Of a stretch of DNA of 32,000 nt, positions 1 through 10,770 are shown in pieces. The notes beneath the pieces are model-generated. The model had not been told where the DNA came from, ran no database searches, and saw nothing but the letters and a program-made list of their open reading frames with translations. The position numbers and the translations under genes were made by a program. The stretch is from assembly GCF_000284455.1 (NCBI RefSeq), contig NC_017039.1, forward strand, positions 2,190,001-2,222,000. The letters are read 5' to 3'. Numbering within the stretch: the first letter of the stretch is position 1; each line of letters opens with the position of its first letter. This DNA comes from Synechocystis sp. PCC 6803 substr. PCC-P. GTDB taxonomy: Bacteria; Cyanobacteriota; Cyanobacteriia; Cyanobacteriales; Microcystaceae.

Positions 1-1310
<1,310 letters not shown>

Positions 1311-1417
1311 TTAAACACCCCCGGTCTTTCTCCAACGGTCAGCCAGCTATTTCATTTTCATTACCCAATTCCTGCAATCGGATTTAGCGGCGATCGCCCT
1401 AAAAATACCCATGTACC

Positions 1418-1639
1418 CTATGCGGCACTCAACATCTTAATTTTGGCAATTTCTGCTTCCAAACTAGGCAGTTTTTGGTTGTGGGTCTGGGCTGTTTCTA
1501 GCCAGAGATCTTTAACTATCATTAATTCTTCTAGAGTTTCCTCTAGGGTTTCTCCTTGGGCCAAACAGCCACATAACGCAGGAATTTCAGCGACAAAACC
1601 ACCTTCTGCACAGGGATAAATAACAATTGGATAATTCAT
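1418..1639 (-). CDS. hicB: HicB-family antitoxin (UPF0150, N-terminal domain only, 73 aa)
   Basis: MNYPIVIYPCAEGGFVAEIPALCGCLAQGETLEETLEEL matches the HicB pattern (Y.v.i....GGy.A..P.L.GC.aqGeT.eEa). Its ATG (1637-1639) directly abuts the TAG of the upstream hicA-like ORF (1640-1642). Confidence 0.75.
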   Translation of the reverse strand: MNYPIVIYPCAEGGFVAEIPALCGCLAQGETLEETLEELMIVKDLWLETAQTHNQKLPSLEAEIAKIKMLSAA

Positions 1640-1867
1640 CTATTTTTTCTCGATAATTTCAAGGATTCGGCGAATATAGATTGACTTGACTTTCTTGTTG
1701 TGGACGGGAATAACCAGAATAATATCATTTTTTTTGAAAATGTGATGACTACCTGTGATTCTTTCAAGATAGAAGCCTTCTAGCTCCAGTAACTTACAGA
1801 CATCACTGAATCTAATGTTGTTAGGACTATTTTTCAGGAGCGCAATGAGTTTTTTTCTTTTAGGCAC
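1640..1867 (-). CDS. hicA: HicA-family mRNA interferase toxin (start uncertain; open frame extends to TTG at 1984)
   Basis: C-terminal 75 aa are VPKRKKLIALLKNSPNNIRFSDVCKLLELEGFYLERITGSHHIFKKNDIILVIPVHNKK..., carrying the HicA GSHH motif and the NP.N.RF..L..LL...GF pattern. The frame has no in-frame ATG. Candidate starts are GTG 1867, TTG 1885 and TTG 1984. The order hicA then hicB is canonical. Confidence 0.7.
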   Translation of the reverse strand: MPKRKKLIALLKNSPNNIRFSDVCKLLELEGFYLERITGSHHIFKKNDIILVIPVHNKKVKSIYIRRILEIIEKK

Positions 1868-2231
1868 AGTTTCATAACTTATCAATTGTATTCCCCAAAA
1901 TTTTACCAGAGTCTGAAATGTTTGTTGAAGTGACTCTTCTTTGCTGGCAAAACTGATTTGGCAAATATTAATTTCAGGTAACAAAGCAGTAAACTAAGAT
2001 CATAGACTATGACAACCTACTTTTAAAATATCTAGGAAAAACAATCATTATTAGATAGCTAGATGGAATTTTAAAGGGACAAAGCTGAGGGGATAATAGC
2101 TAATAAAAAATTTGCCAAATTGTATTCCAGACAAGCTTAATCAAAAATGCAAAGCTTAACAACTAGGAAAATGATTCAGTCCCCCTTACAATGGATGAGC
2201 AGTTTTGCCCATATCCCTCAAGCTAGTCTGA

Positions 2232-4928
2232 ATGCAACCTACTGATCCAACCAAATTTACTGAACAAGCCTGGGACGCCATTGTTAAATCCCAAGAAGTA
2301 GCCCGTCGTTATAAGAACACAAATTTGGAAGTAGAGCATATTCTGCTGGCGTTGTTGGAGCAGGATATGGGTTTGGCGGCAAGGATTTTCCAGCGGGCGG
2401 CGGTGGATGGCGAGGGACTACGGCAACAGTTGGAAATTTTCACCAACCGGCAACCCAAGCAGGCTTATGTAGAACAACTTTACCTGGGGCGTAGTTTGGA
2501 TGTGATGCTAGACCGGGCCGATGCCGCCCGTAGTAGCTGGGAAGATAAATTCATTTCCGTTGAACATTTACTGGTGGGGTTTGCAGAGGACGACCGGGTG
2601 GGGCGCAAAACCCTCCGCGCGTTTAACCTTGACCCCCAGGATTTAGAGTTGGCCATCAAAGCGATTCGAGGTTCCCAAAAGGTGACGGAGCCAAATCAAG
2701 AAGAAAAATATGAAGCGTTGGATAAATACGGACGAGATCTGACGGAGCAGGCCCGCCAGGGTAAGCTAGACCCAGTGATCGGTCGAGATGAGGAAATTCG
2801 TCGAGTTATTCAAGTACTCTCTCGGCGTTCCAAAAATAACCCTGTCCTGATCGGTGAACCGGGGGTGGGCAAAACGGCGATCGCCGAAGGTTTGGCCCAA
2901 CGGATTATCAATGGCGACGTACCAGAATCATTAAAAAATCGGCAGTTAATTTCCCTGGATATGGGCAGTTTAATTGCCGGGGCTAAATATCGGGGGGAAT
3001 TTGAAGAAAGACTGCGGTCAGTGATGAAGGAAGTGACCAATTCCGATGGGCAAATCATCTTATTCATTGATGAAGTCCATACCGTAGTGGGAGCCGGTGG
3101 TCGCGAAGGTTCTGGGTCCATGGATGCAGGGAATTTGCTCAAGCCCATGTTAGCCCGGGGGGAGCTGCGGTGCATTGGGGCCACCACATTGGATGAATAC
3201 CGCAAAAACATCGAAAAAGATCCTGCTTTAGAAAGAAGATTTCAACAGGTTTACGTCAAGCAACCTAGCGTGGATGATACGATTTCCATCCTGCGGGGTT
3301 TGAAGGAAAAATATGAAGTACACCATGGGGTCAAAATCACCGACTCCGCCCTAGTAGCAGCAGCTACCCTTTCCCATCGCTATATCCAAGATCGATTTTT
3401 GCCCGACAAGGCGATTGATTTAGTGGACGAAGCAGCCGCCCGATTAAAAATGGAAATTACTTCCAAACCGGTGGAATTAGAGGATATTGACCGACGCTTA
3501 ATGCAACTACAAATGGAAAAACTTTCCCTAGAAGGGGAAGAAAAACGTCCTGGTTTAGGAGCTGACAAATCTTCCAAAGAAAGACTAGAAAAAATTCAGC
3601 AGGAAATTACTGAATTAGAGGGTCAGCAACAGGAATTATCCGGTCAATGGCTGTCGGAAAAACAGATGCTGGAAGAAATTAACACCCTCAAAGAAAAGGA
3701 GCAAGAGCTAAGACTTCAGGTAGAAAAAGCTGAGCGGGCCACTGATTGGGAAAAGGCCGCCAAAATTAAGTACGGAGAGTTAGAAGTCCTCCAACATGAC
3801 ATTGAAGAAAAAGAAAGTAAATTACTAGAAATTCAAGGCTCCGGTAATACTCTTTTGCGGGAACAGGTAACGGAATCGGACATTGCCGAAATTGTCGCCG
3901 GTTGGACGGGCATCCCCATGAACCGTCTCATGGAAACGGAACGGCAAAAATTATTGCAATTGGAAGGTCACCTCCATCAGCGAGTGATCGGTCAGAAGGA
4001 GGCAGTAGCGGCAGTTTCTGCGGCCATACGTCGGGCTAGGGCCGGCATGAAGGACCCCAGTCGCCCCATTGGCTCTTTTCTGTTTATGGGGCCCACGGGG
4101 GTAGGTAAAACGGAATTGGCTCGGGCCTTGGCCGGGTTTCTGTTTGACAGCGAAGAAGCCATGGTGCGGATTGATATGTCCGAATATATGGAAAAACACG
4201 CCGTTTCCCGTTTAATTGGAGCTCCCCCCGGTTACGTGGGCTACGAGGAAGGGGGACAATTATCGGAAGCAGTGCGCCGTCGTCCCTATTCCGTTGTGTT
4301 GTTGGACGAAGTGGAAAAAGCCCATTTAGACGTGTTTAATATTTTGCTGCAGGTCTTGGATGATGGCCGCATTACCGATTCCCAGGGGCGGGTGGTGGAT
4401 TTTCGCAACACCATTATCGTCATGACCAGTAACATTGGCAGTGACCATATTCTCAGCCTTTCCGCCGATGATGCCGACTACGACAAAATGCAGAAACAGG
4501 TATTACAATCCCTGCGCAAACATTTCCGTCCGGAATTTCTCAACCGTATTGATGATCTAATTATTTTCCATACGTTGAAACGGGATGAGTTGCGTCGCAT
4601 TGTCGTCCTACAAATTAAACGCATCGAGAAGTTATTAGACGAGCAAAAAATCACGCTTTCTCTTTCCGATGCTGCCCTGGATCACATCGTCAGTGCTGGT
4701 TACGATCCCACCTACGGAGCAAGACCTTTAAAACGTGCTATTCAACGACAGTTGGAAAATCCTATTGCCACTAAAATCTTAGAAAATACTTTCGTTGCAG
4801 GGGACAAAATTCTCATTGATTGTGTGGATGGTCAGTTAATCTTTGATAAAGAAATAGAGCCCACAACATTACCAGAAGAGCCAGAAGAAAATATCACAGC
4901 GGTGGAAGTCGAGGTTCTTTCTTCATAA
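2232..4928 (+). CDS. clpB: ClpB/Hsp100 disaggregase, 898 aa (probably the ClpB2 paralogue)
   Basis: Full-length two-AAA+ architecture. It has a Clp N-domain, Walker A GEPGVGKT and GPTGVGKT, Walker B ILFIDEVH and [11 protein letters not shown], and a long coiled-coil M-domain (residues ~410-540). Confidence 0.95.
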   Translation: MQPTDPTKFTEQAWDAIVKSQEVARRYKNTNLEVEHILLALLEQDMGLAARIFQRAAVDGEGLRQQLEIFTNRQPKQAYVEQLYLGRSLDVMLDRADAARSSWEDKFISVEHLLVGFAEDDRVGRKTLRAFNLDPQDLELAIKAIRGSQKVTEPNQEEKYEALDKYGRDLTEQARQGKLDPVIGRDEEIRRVIQVLSRRSKNNPVLIGEPGVGKTAIAEGLAQRIINGDVPESLKNRQLISLDMGSLIAGAKYRGEFEERLRSVMKEVTNSDGQIILFIDEVHTVVGAGGREGSGSMDAGNLLKPMLARGELRCIGATTLDEYRKNIEKDPALERRFQQVYVKQPSVDDTISILRGLKEKYEVHHGVKITDSALVAAATLSHRYIQDRFLPDKAIDLVDEAAARLKMEITSKPVELEDIDRRLMQLQMEKLSLEGEEKRPGLGADKSSKERLEKIQQEITELEGQQQELSGQWLSEKQMLEEINTLKEKEQELRLQVEKAERATDWEKAAKIKYGELEVLQHDIEEKESKLLEIQGSGNTLLREQVTESDIAEIVAGWTGIPMNRLMETERQKLLQLEGHLHQRVIGQKEAVAAVSAAIRRARAGMKDPSRPIGSFLFMGPTGVGKTELARALAGFLFDSEEAMVRIDMSEYMEKHAVSRLIGAPPGYVGYEEGGQLSEAVRRRPYSVVLLDEVEKAHLDVFNILLQVLDDGRITDSQGRVVDFRNTIIVMTSNIGSDHILSLSADDADYDKMQKQVLQSLRKHFRPEFLNRIDDLIIFHTLKRDELRRIVVLQIKRIEKLLDEQKITLSLSDAALDHIVSAGYDPTYGARPLKRAIQRQLENPIATKILENTFVAGDKILIDCVDGQLIFDKEIEPTTLPEEPEENITAVEVEVLSS

Positions 4929-4958
4929 TATTAACTCTAAGTAAATCAACATAAGACT

Positions 4959-5447
4959 ATGGCTATCTCTCTAGATGAAGATAATCAAAAAATAATAGAA
5001 ATTCATCAAGTGATAAATACGAATAGTCGTTTTTACGGACATTTAGTAAATTGGTATGAGGGCGTTTCTTGGCATTATGGCATTGGACTCGATGAAAATC
5101 TGATTTTTGACACAGGCGGGCTTTCGATTTTTACGAGAAATCCAAGCGAGTTCTTTATTGTCCCAGACGTGCAAAAGTTTTCTCCATATCAGACAATCGA
5201 GCGGCTCTGTTACGCTTTGATTTGCTTTAAAGATTGGGATTATGGGCTTTTGGGATGGAATTGTGAACATGTTGCTCGTCTAGTTGCATCGGATTCAGCC
5301 GTATCTTATGAAATTAAAAAACTGCCATTTCCTATTCCACAAATGAATCATGGTGCTTGGCACCCTAATGCCAGAAACATCTTGGATAGCTTTATAGATC
5401 AAAACAAATACCTAATCAATGACACACTAACTACATTTCCTAGCTGA
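4959..5447 (+). CDS. hypothetical protein with LRAT / NlpC-P60-like (permuted papain-fold) signature
   Basis: 162-aa ORF 30 nt downstream of clpB on the same strand. WHYGIG (His box) and DWDYGLLGWNCEHVARLV resemble the LRAT-family H..GIY and Y.LL..NCEHF catalytic Cys/His motifs. The region is visibly AT-rich and HIP1-free. Confidence 0.55.
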   Translation: MAISLDEDNQKIIEIHQVINTNSRFYGHLVNWYEGVSWHYGIGLDENLIFDTGGLSIFTRNPSEFFIVPDVQKFSPYQTIERLCYALICFKDWDYGLLGWNCEHVARLVASDSAVSYEIKKLPFPIPQMNHGAWHPNARNILDSFIDQNKYLINDTLTTFPS

Positions 5448-5558
5448 AAAAATATTGTTCAGCTCTGCAAGGCACCGAAAACATCTGTGGATACCCAATA
5501 GACTGGTATTTCAATCTTTTTTCAACCTAGAATATTTGCAAAAATTTTGAGCAAACGA

Positions 5559-8500
5559 TTATTGGATTTTTGTTGGTACATCTTCTTCGGTTAAGCGGGA
5601 TTCCAAATCGGTTTTGACTTTTTCTATATCAACCCCTTCCCATTGGTGTAGCAACACGTACAAGCAGGGAATTAAAAATAGGGTTAGTAAGGTAGCGAGG
5701 GAAAGACCGGAAAACACCACAATGCCCAAAGGTTGGAGCAATTCTGATCCTTGTCCAATGCCCAGGGCGAGGGGAAACATGCCCAGCACGGTGGTAATGG
5801 TGGTCATCAAAATCGGTCGTAAGCGTTGGGGGGCTGCCCGTAAGATAGCTGCTTCTCGACTGATGCCTTCTTCGGCCCAGATTTGGTTAGCTAACTCCAC
5901 CATGATGATGGCGTTGTTGACCACAATCCCCACCAGGAGTACTGTACCAACAATTACCGTGGCACCGATCGCCGTTTGGGTAACGTATAAACCCAAAATG
6001 CCTCCAGCCAAAGCCAAAGGTAGGGTGAACATAATTACCAGAGGATCGAGGAGAGAATTGTATTGCACCGCCATAACCACAAAGACGAGAAACGCCGCCA
6101 AGCCCCCTAAAATCACCAGGGAAGACTGTAACTGTTCATTGCTCGCCGCCGCTGTACTGGGCAGTCGAGACACCCCGGGGGGAAACTCCATGGCGGATAA
6201 AACTTGGTCAACTTCTGTGAGAGCTTCACTCAAACTAGCCCCTTCCACTAACGTACCAGCAATTAAAAACACCGGCCGTTGGTTAATGCGTTGAATTTCC
6301 CCCGGTGCCCGACCTTGGTCAATGGTGGCCACATCCCCCAAACGGATCGGGCGATCGCCATCAATAAAGAGGGGAATTTGTGCCAAATCCCCAGGGCCAG
6401 AGAGCAAATCATTGTCCAATTTCACTCGCACATCCACCAGGCGATTTTCCCGTTGCAACTGGGTGGGCACAGCACCGTCTAAAGCAGTTTGGACTGTCTG
6501 CCCAATGGCTTGGGTGGTTAAACCTAATTCCGTCGCCCTTTGCCAATCGGGACGAATCTGCACTTCCGGTTGACGGGGATCGGCATCGGGACGAAAACGG
6601 GCCAATGTAACTTTTTCTCCTAATTCCGCCAACACTGCCCGCCCCGCTTCATCTAACACATCGGCATCATTCCCCTGCAAAACCACATCCACATCTACGT
6701 TACGTAGGGGGGAATTGCTCAAAATCAGACCCCGCAACTGTCCCGGTGCCATCCGCAGACGAATATCCACCAAGTTCAGCGCTTCCAATTCCGCCGTCAC
6801 CCGTTCGGTGAATGCCTCCACATCGGTATTGGGTTTTAGGGTAATGGTGCTGGAACTGCGCAGAGCATTAGCATTAACGTTACTGCCAAAGAGAAACCCC
6901 CCCACCGTGGTGAAAGCGTATTCGGTTTCCGGCTGATTGATGAGGATGTCATCCACGATCGCCATTAAGCGTTGGTTTTCCTCTAAGGGAGTGCCGGGGG
7001 GGAACTGGGCAAACATACTGGCTTGACCCGTATTGATGCGGGGCAAAATTTCCTGGGGAATCTGTCCGATCATCCACAAACTACTGCCACCAAAAACAAT
7101 GAAAATAGAAGCCACCGCCACCAATCGATGTCGGATCAGGATGGATAAAAAACGGGCGTAGGCCGCCGTGGCCCCTGCAAAACGTCGGTTAAATTCCCGA
7201 AAAAATAACCAATTACCCAAACCACTCCGGCGGCGAATGGCCAATAAACGGGAAGCGGCCATGGGCACTAGGGTCACTGCCACCAGGATGGAAGCCGCCA
7301 CCGCAAAACTGATGGTCAAAATTAATTCATTAAAAATCAGGGCAATGAAGCCACCAATCATCAAAAATGGCAATACCGCCACCAAGTTAGTGCTAGTGGA
7401 AGCCACCAGTGCCGATTCCACCGTTTGACTACTGGCGATCGCCTGGTTGCGCATTTCCCCTTTAGTTAGTGGGAGGGGATTAACTTTGCCGGGGGTCATG
7501 CCCGCCCCTTCCGCAATGGTTTCCAACATGACGATGGAGTTATCCACCACAATGCCCACCCCCAGGGCCAAGCCCCCCAAACTAAAAACGTTCAAGGATA
7601 AACCAAAGGCCTTCATGACAATGATGGCCGCCATGGTGGCCAAGGGAATAGCCAACACAATAATTAACGTCTGTCGCAAAGAACCGAGAAATAACAAAAC
7701 GGCGATCGCCGCCAGGACCGTACCAATTAACCCCGAAACAACAACGTTATTGACCGAGTTACGGATAAAAACTGAATCATCTAAGGTAGGGGTTAATTCC
7801 GCCGCCTGGGGAATAATGCCTTCTGTGCGTAACTCCTCCAAACGTTTTTTAACCCCATCCACTACTTCAATGGTGTTAGCCTCCGGTTGTTTCTGCACAC
7901 TCACTTTTACCGCCGGATTACCGTTGAGGGTCACAAAAATCCGTTCTTCCTCTGTACCGTCAATAACAGTGGCCACATCCCGCAGATAAACTTTTTGGGC
8001 CGATTGATCCTCCAGACCAGACACTGTGCCCACCACTAAATCCTCAATTTCCTGGGCTGAAGCAAATCTACCCACTGTACGGGTTAAAGGTTCCGACTCC
8101 GTACCAACAATTCTGCCCCCGGAAATATCCACATTTCGGCTCTGTAAAGCATCCAATACCTGGGTCAAACTCACCCCCGACCGCTGTAGTCGTTGTAAAT
8201 CCACATTGATCCGGACTTCTTCCTGGGCTGCCCCCGACACATTCACCGATGCCACCCCCGGCACCACTCCCAATTCCCGTGCTAACTCCTCTTCTGCAAA
8301 TACCCGCAACGATGGCCCCGACAACTCCGGGGAGGTAACGGCAAATTCATACACCGGCAACTGGGAAGGATCAAACTTAAATAACCGGGGGGTTTCCAGA
8401 TCATCCGGCAACTGGTTGCGGGCCCGGTTAAAGGTAGCGGTGGCGTCATTCAACGCTTGGTCAATATTGCCCCCCGGCTCGAAAAACAAATCCAGGCTAA

Positions 8501-8786
8501 TTTGCCCCTCCCTGGTTTGAGAGTAAACCTGCACCACCCCTTCCGTGGCTGACAGGGCCGCTTCCAAGGGTCTGGTAATTTCGTCCACCGCCACTTCCGG
8601 AGATACCCCTGGAGCATCTAGTCGCACGCCAATGCGGGGATAGGTGATGGAAGGCAACAGATCCACCGGCAGGGAAAAAACAGCGAAAACCCCCAACACA
8701 ATAATGGCCAGGGTGAGCATAAGGGTGGCAATGTGCCGACGGATGGCCAGGCCACTCAGACTAAAAACGGAGTTGGGGGAGGACAT
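5559..8786 (-). CDS. RND (AcrB/HAE-type) efflux permease, ~1075 aa
   Basis: ORF 5559..8819 begins at TTG. The first ATG is at 8786 (MSSPNSVFSLSGLAIRRHIATLMLTL...). It shows the 12-TM pseudo-repeat architecture with TM4-like GIVVDNSIVMLE and TM10-like GIVVNNAIIMVE (compare AcrB VDDAIVVVEN / AKNAILIVE). It lies downstream of an adaptor gene. Confidence 0.92.
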   Translation of the reverse strand: MSSPNSVFSLSGLAIRRHIATLMLTLAIIVLGVFAVFSLPVDLLPSITYPRIGVRLDAPGVSPEVAVDEITRPLEAALSATEGVVQVYSQTREGQISLDLFFEPGGNIDQALNDATATFNRARNQLPDDLETPRLFKFDPSQLPVYEFAVTSPELSGPSLRVFAEEELARELGVVPGVASVNVSGAAQEEVRINVDLQRLQRSGVSLTQVLDALQSRNVDISGGRIVGTESEPLTRTVGRFASAQEIEDLVVGTVSGLEDQSAQKVYLRDVATVIDGTEEERIFVTLNGNPAVKVSVQKQPEANTIEVVDGVKKRLEELRTEGIIPQAAELTPTLDDSVFIRNSVNNVVVSGLIGTVLAAIAVLLFLGSLRQTLIIVLAIPLATMAAIIVMKAFGLSLNVFSLGGLALGVGIVVDNSIVMLETIAEGAGMTPGKVNPLPLTKGEMRNQAIASSQTVESALVASTSTNLVAVLPFLMIGGFIALIFNELILTISFAVAASILVAVTLVPMAASRLLAIRRRSGLGNWLFFREFNRRFAGATAAYARFLSILIRHRLVAVASIFIVFGGSSLWMIGQIPQEILPRINTGQASMFAQFPPGTPLEENQRLMAIVDDILINQPETEYAFTTVGGFLFGSNVNANALRSSSTITLKPNTDVEAFTERVTAELEALNLVDIRLRMAPGQLRGLILSNSPLRNVDVDVVLQGNDADVLDEAGRAVLAELGEKVTLARFRPDADPRQPEVQIRPDWQRATELGLTTQAIGQTVQTALDGAVPTQLQRENRLVDVRVKLDNDLLSGPGDLAQIPLFIDGDRPIRLGDVATIDQGRAPGEIQRINQRPVFLIAGTLVEGASLSEALTEVDQVLSAMEFPPGVSRLPSTAAASNEQLQSSLVILGGLAAFLVFVVMAVQYNSLLDPLVIMFTLPLALAGGILGLYVTQTAIGATVIVGTVLLVGIVVNNAIIMVELANQIWAEEGISREAAILRAAPQRLRPILMTTITTVLGMFPLALGIGQGSELLQPLGIVVFSGLSLATLLTLFLIPCLYVLLHQWEGVDIEKVKTDLESRLTEEDVPTKIQ

Positions 8787-8973
8787 AGGGGCTGGGGGGA
8801 TGGGGAACAGAGGAGGCAATAATTCCTGGGGAAAGGAAAAATTTCAATGGTTCGAGGATTCGAGTCTTTTGACTGGGAAAATGTCGGAGAGGTTTAATCG
8901 ATTTATTTGAACAGTTCCAGTGGAGCTAAAACGAACAAAAACTTAACAGTCTCCATTAACACTATTGTTCCTG

Positions 8974-10377
8974 CTATTTTTCTGATAAAACGCTGAGACG
9001 AATTTGACTATCCGGTTGTAGCGGTCTACTACTGCGGACCACAAAACGTTCCTGGGGAGCTAAGCCTGCCACAATTTCCACCTTCCCGTTGGCAGTTTGC
9101 CCCAGGGTAACCGATCGCCGTTCCAGCACGTCTTTTTCCCCTGCTTTGGTCACCACAAAAATGGCATCTTCATCGACAATGGCAGATTCTGGAACTACCA
9201 CATTGGTATCTGCACTGGCATCAAAACTGACCCTGGCCAACAGCCCAGCGCCAATTTTTTCACCAGGATTATCCATGGTTATTTCCACCGGCACAAGGCG
9301 AGAATTAACGTCAGCCTGGGGGGAAATGCGGGTTACCACGCCCGTAAAAGTCTGGCCAGGAAACGCATCTAGCTTGACGTTGACCTTTTGCTGTAGGGCA
9401 ATTTGGGCCAGTTGCAACTCCGATACCTGCACGTCAATTTCTAACTGACGAAAATCCCCCAGTTGCAAAATTTCCGTCCCCGGCTGCACTAAATTGCCTG
9501 GTTCACTTAATCGTCGTAACACCCGCCCCGGAAATGGTGCTCTGACGGTGGCGTACTGTTGCCTAGTTTGGGCCTGTTCAATGGAAGCTCGCTGGGCATT
9601 CATCTGGGCGGTGGCCGCCCCCACCCTCTGCTGTTCGATCTGCACCTGGGCGATCGCCGAGTTGAGGATTTGGGACGCAGTTTTGGCCGCTGTTTTAGCT
9701 TGGCTTAATTGTTGGCTAGCGCTGGCCTGTTCGTTACGCAAAATTTCCTTGGCTTGACGGGCTCTGGTTTCTGCCTGTTCCGCCTGTTGGGCACCGCCAG
9801 CTCCCTCTTCGGCTAATAGTCGGAAGCGAGCAGCATCGGCCTGGGTTTGATCTACTTCCAGCCGGGCTTGTTCAATGCGGGCGTTGAGGGAAGTTTCCAA
9901 ACGGATAATGTCCGCCTGGGCCTGTTGCAGTTGCAAACGGGCCTGTTCTACCCGAATTTGGGCATCCCCCACCTGACTTTGGGCAGTTAAAACTTCCGAA
10001 CGTTGGGCCATTTTCTCCGCTTTGGCCTGGTCTACCGCCCCCAGTAATAAATCATCTTCAATTTCCGCCAATATTTCTTCTCCCCTGACCCGATCGCCCA
10101 CATCCACTGGTAGCCTTTGCAGTCGTCCTTCAATCTGGGCTTTGATGGAGGCTTCCCGCACTGGGGCTGTGGTGCCCGTATATTCCAACTCCTTGGTCAA
10201 TGCTTGGGGTCGAGCTAGGGCCACATCCACGGCGATCGCCTGGTTTGATTCAGTATTCTCCGTTTGGGCTTTGACATTTTGTTCCCAGAGATCGCTGCAA
10301 CCCATCAGGGAAAAACTTAATAAACCTAGCAGGGAAAGTTGCCGTCGCAGACGTTGGTGGGGGATGTACTTGTTCAT
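8974..10377 (-). CDS. periplasmic adaptor / membrane fusion protein (HlyD/RND MFP family), lipoprotein
   Basis: 467 aa with an ATG start. It has a lipobox LMGC after a hydrophobic leader, a long Gln/Ala-rich coiled-coil hairpin, and C-terminal beta-barrel motifs (VRAPFPGRV, GTEILQLGD). It sits immediately upstream of the RND permease. Confidence 0.9.
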   Translation of the reverse strand: MNKYIPHQRLRRQLSLLGLLSFSLMGCSDLWEQNVKAQTENTESNQAIAVDVALARPQALTKELEYTGTTAPVREASIKAQIEGRLQRLPVDVGDRVRGEEILAEIEDDLLLGAVDQAKAEKMAQRSEVLTAQSQVGDAQIRVEQARLQLQQAQADIIRLETSLNARIEQARLEVDQTQADAARFRLLAEEGAGGAQQAEQAETRARQAKEILRNEQASASQQLSQAKTAAKTASQILNSAIAQVQIEQQRVGAATAQMNAQRASIEQAQTRQQYATVRAPFPGRVLRRLSEPGNLVQPGTEILQLGDFRQLEIDVQVSELQLAQIALQQKVNVKLDAFPGQTFTGVVTRISPQADVNSRLVPVEITMDNPGEKIGAGLLARVSFDASADTNVVVPESAIVDEDAIFVVTKAGEKDVLERRSVTLGQTANGKVEIVAGLAPQERFVVRSSRPLQPDSQIRLSVLSEK

Positions 10378-10770
10378 AAAAACGATGCGAGGGAAGAATA
10401 GTACCGAATTAGCGGGCTAGGACAGGAAGGAAAGTCAATACCAGCCTTAGAATTTAGTTTTAGCCAGGCCAAGTGACCTAGAAAAGCCCAGTAATATTGC
10501 TTTACCTTAACAAAGTAACAAATAAGTTTACAAAACCCACCTTTGGGGTGGCCGATTCCAATCGTCCCTGTGCCAGTTGTCTTCAGTCCATTTTTTCTCC
10601 GTAAAAACCCCCAGCAAGTTGGCAAATTTGGGCAAAGAAGTCCAAGGAATTGATAAATTGTGACCATTTGTGGCGATCGCCGGACAAATAGAGGAAAGTG
10701 GCATTAAACTTTTGTTAGCCCCTGTGCTTGCTTTGGCTGTGGGTTCAGAACTTATAGGAGCATTAAAGTC

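Noticed and set aside
2682-2684. In-frame GTG (Val151) in clpB preceded by AAAGG, at the position where E. coli ClpB (Val149) and cyanobacterial ClpB1 use an internal start to make the N-domain-less isoform.
   Set aside because: This gene looks like the ClpB2-type paralogue. As far as I remember, that paralogue was reported to lack the internal initiation. A Val codon with a weak SD-like element is not evidence by itself, and a western blot or N-terminal proteomics would be needed.
5614-8520. Multiple long plus-strand ORFs inside the RND gene (5614-6294, 7447-7989, 8026-8520 and others). Similar antisense ORFs lie inside clpB, the MFP gene, pilT, pilC, clpR, pepP, the MTAP gene and the CLC gene.
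   Set aside because: All are embedded antisense to, or out of frame with, CDSs that have strong family signatures. Their products are Arg/Ser/Pro/Thr-rich and low-complexity, as expected from reading a GC-biased gene on the wrong strand. No motifs or ribosome-binding sites were seen.
8849-8864. GGTTCGAGGATTCGAG in the MFP-RND spacer, superficially like a tRNA T-arm (GGTTCGAATCC).
   Set aside because: No complementary T-stem, acceptor stem or anticodon arm can be drawn around it. It is really a short direct repeat (TTCGAG-GA-TTCGAG).
10536-10560. Small hairpin CCACC-tttgg-GGTGG, which on the minus strand is followed by GTTTTGT. It could be a terminator of a short divergent or antisense RNA.
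   Set aside because: The stem is only 5 bp, the U-tract is interrupted, and I can identify no upstream promoter or gene on that strand. It is too weak to call.
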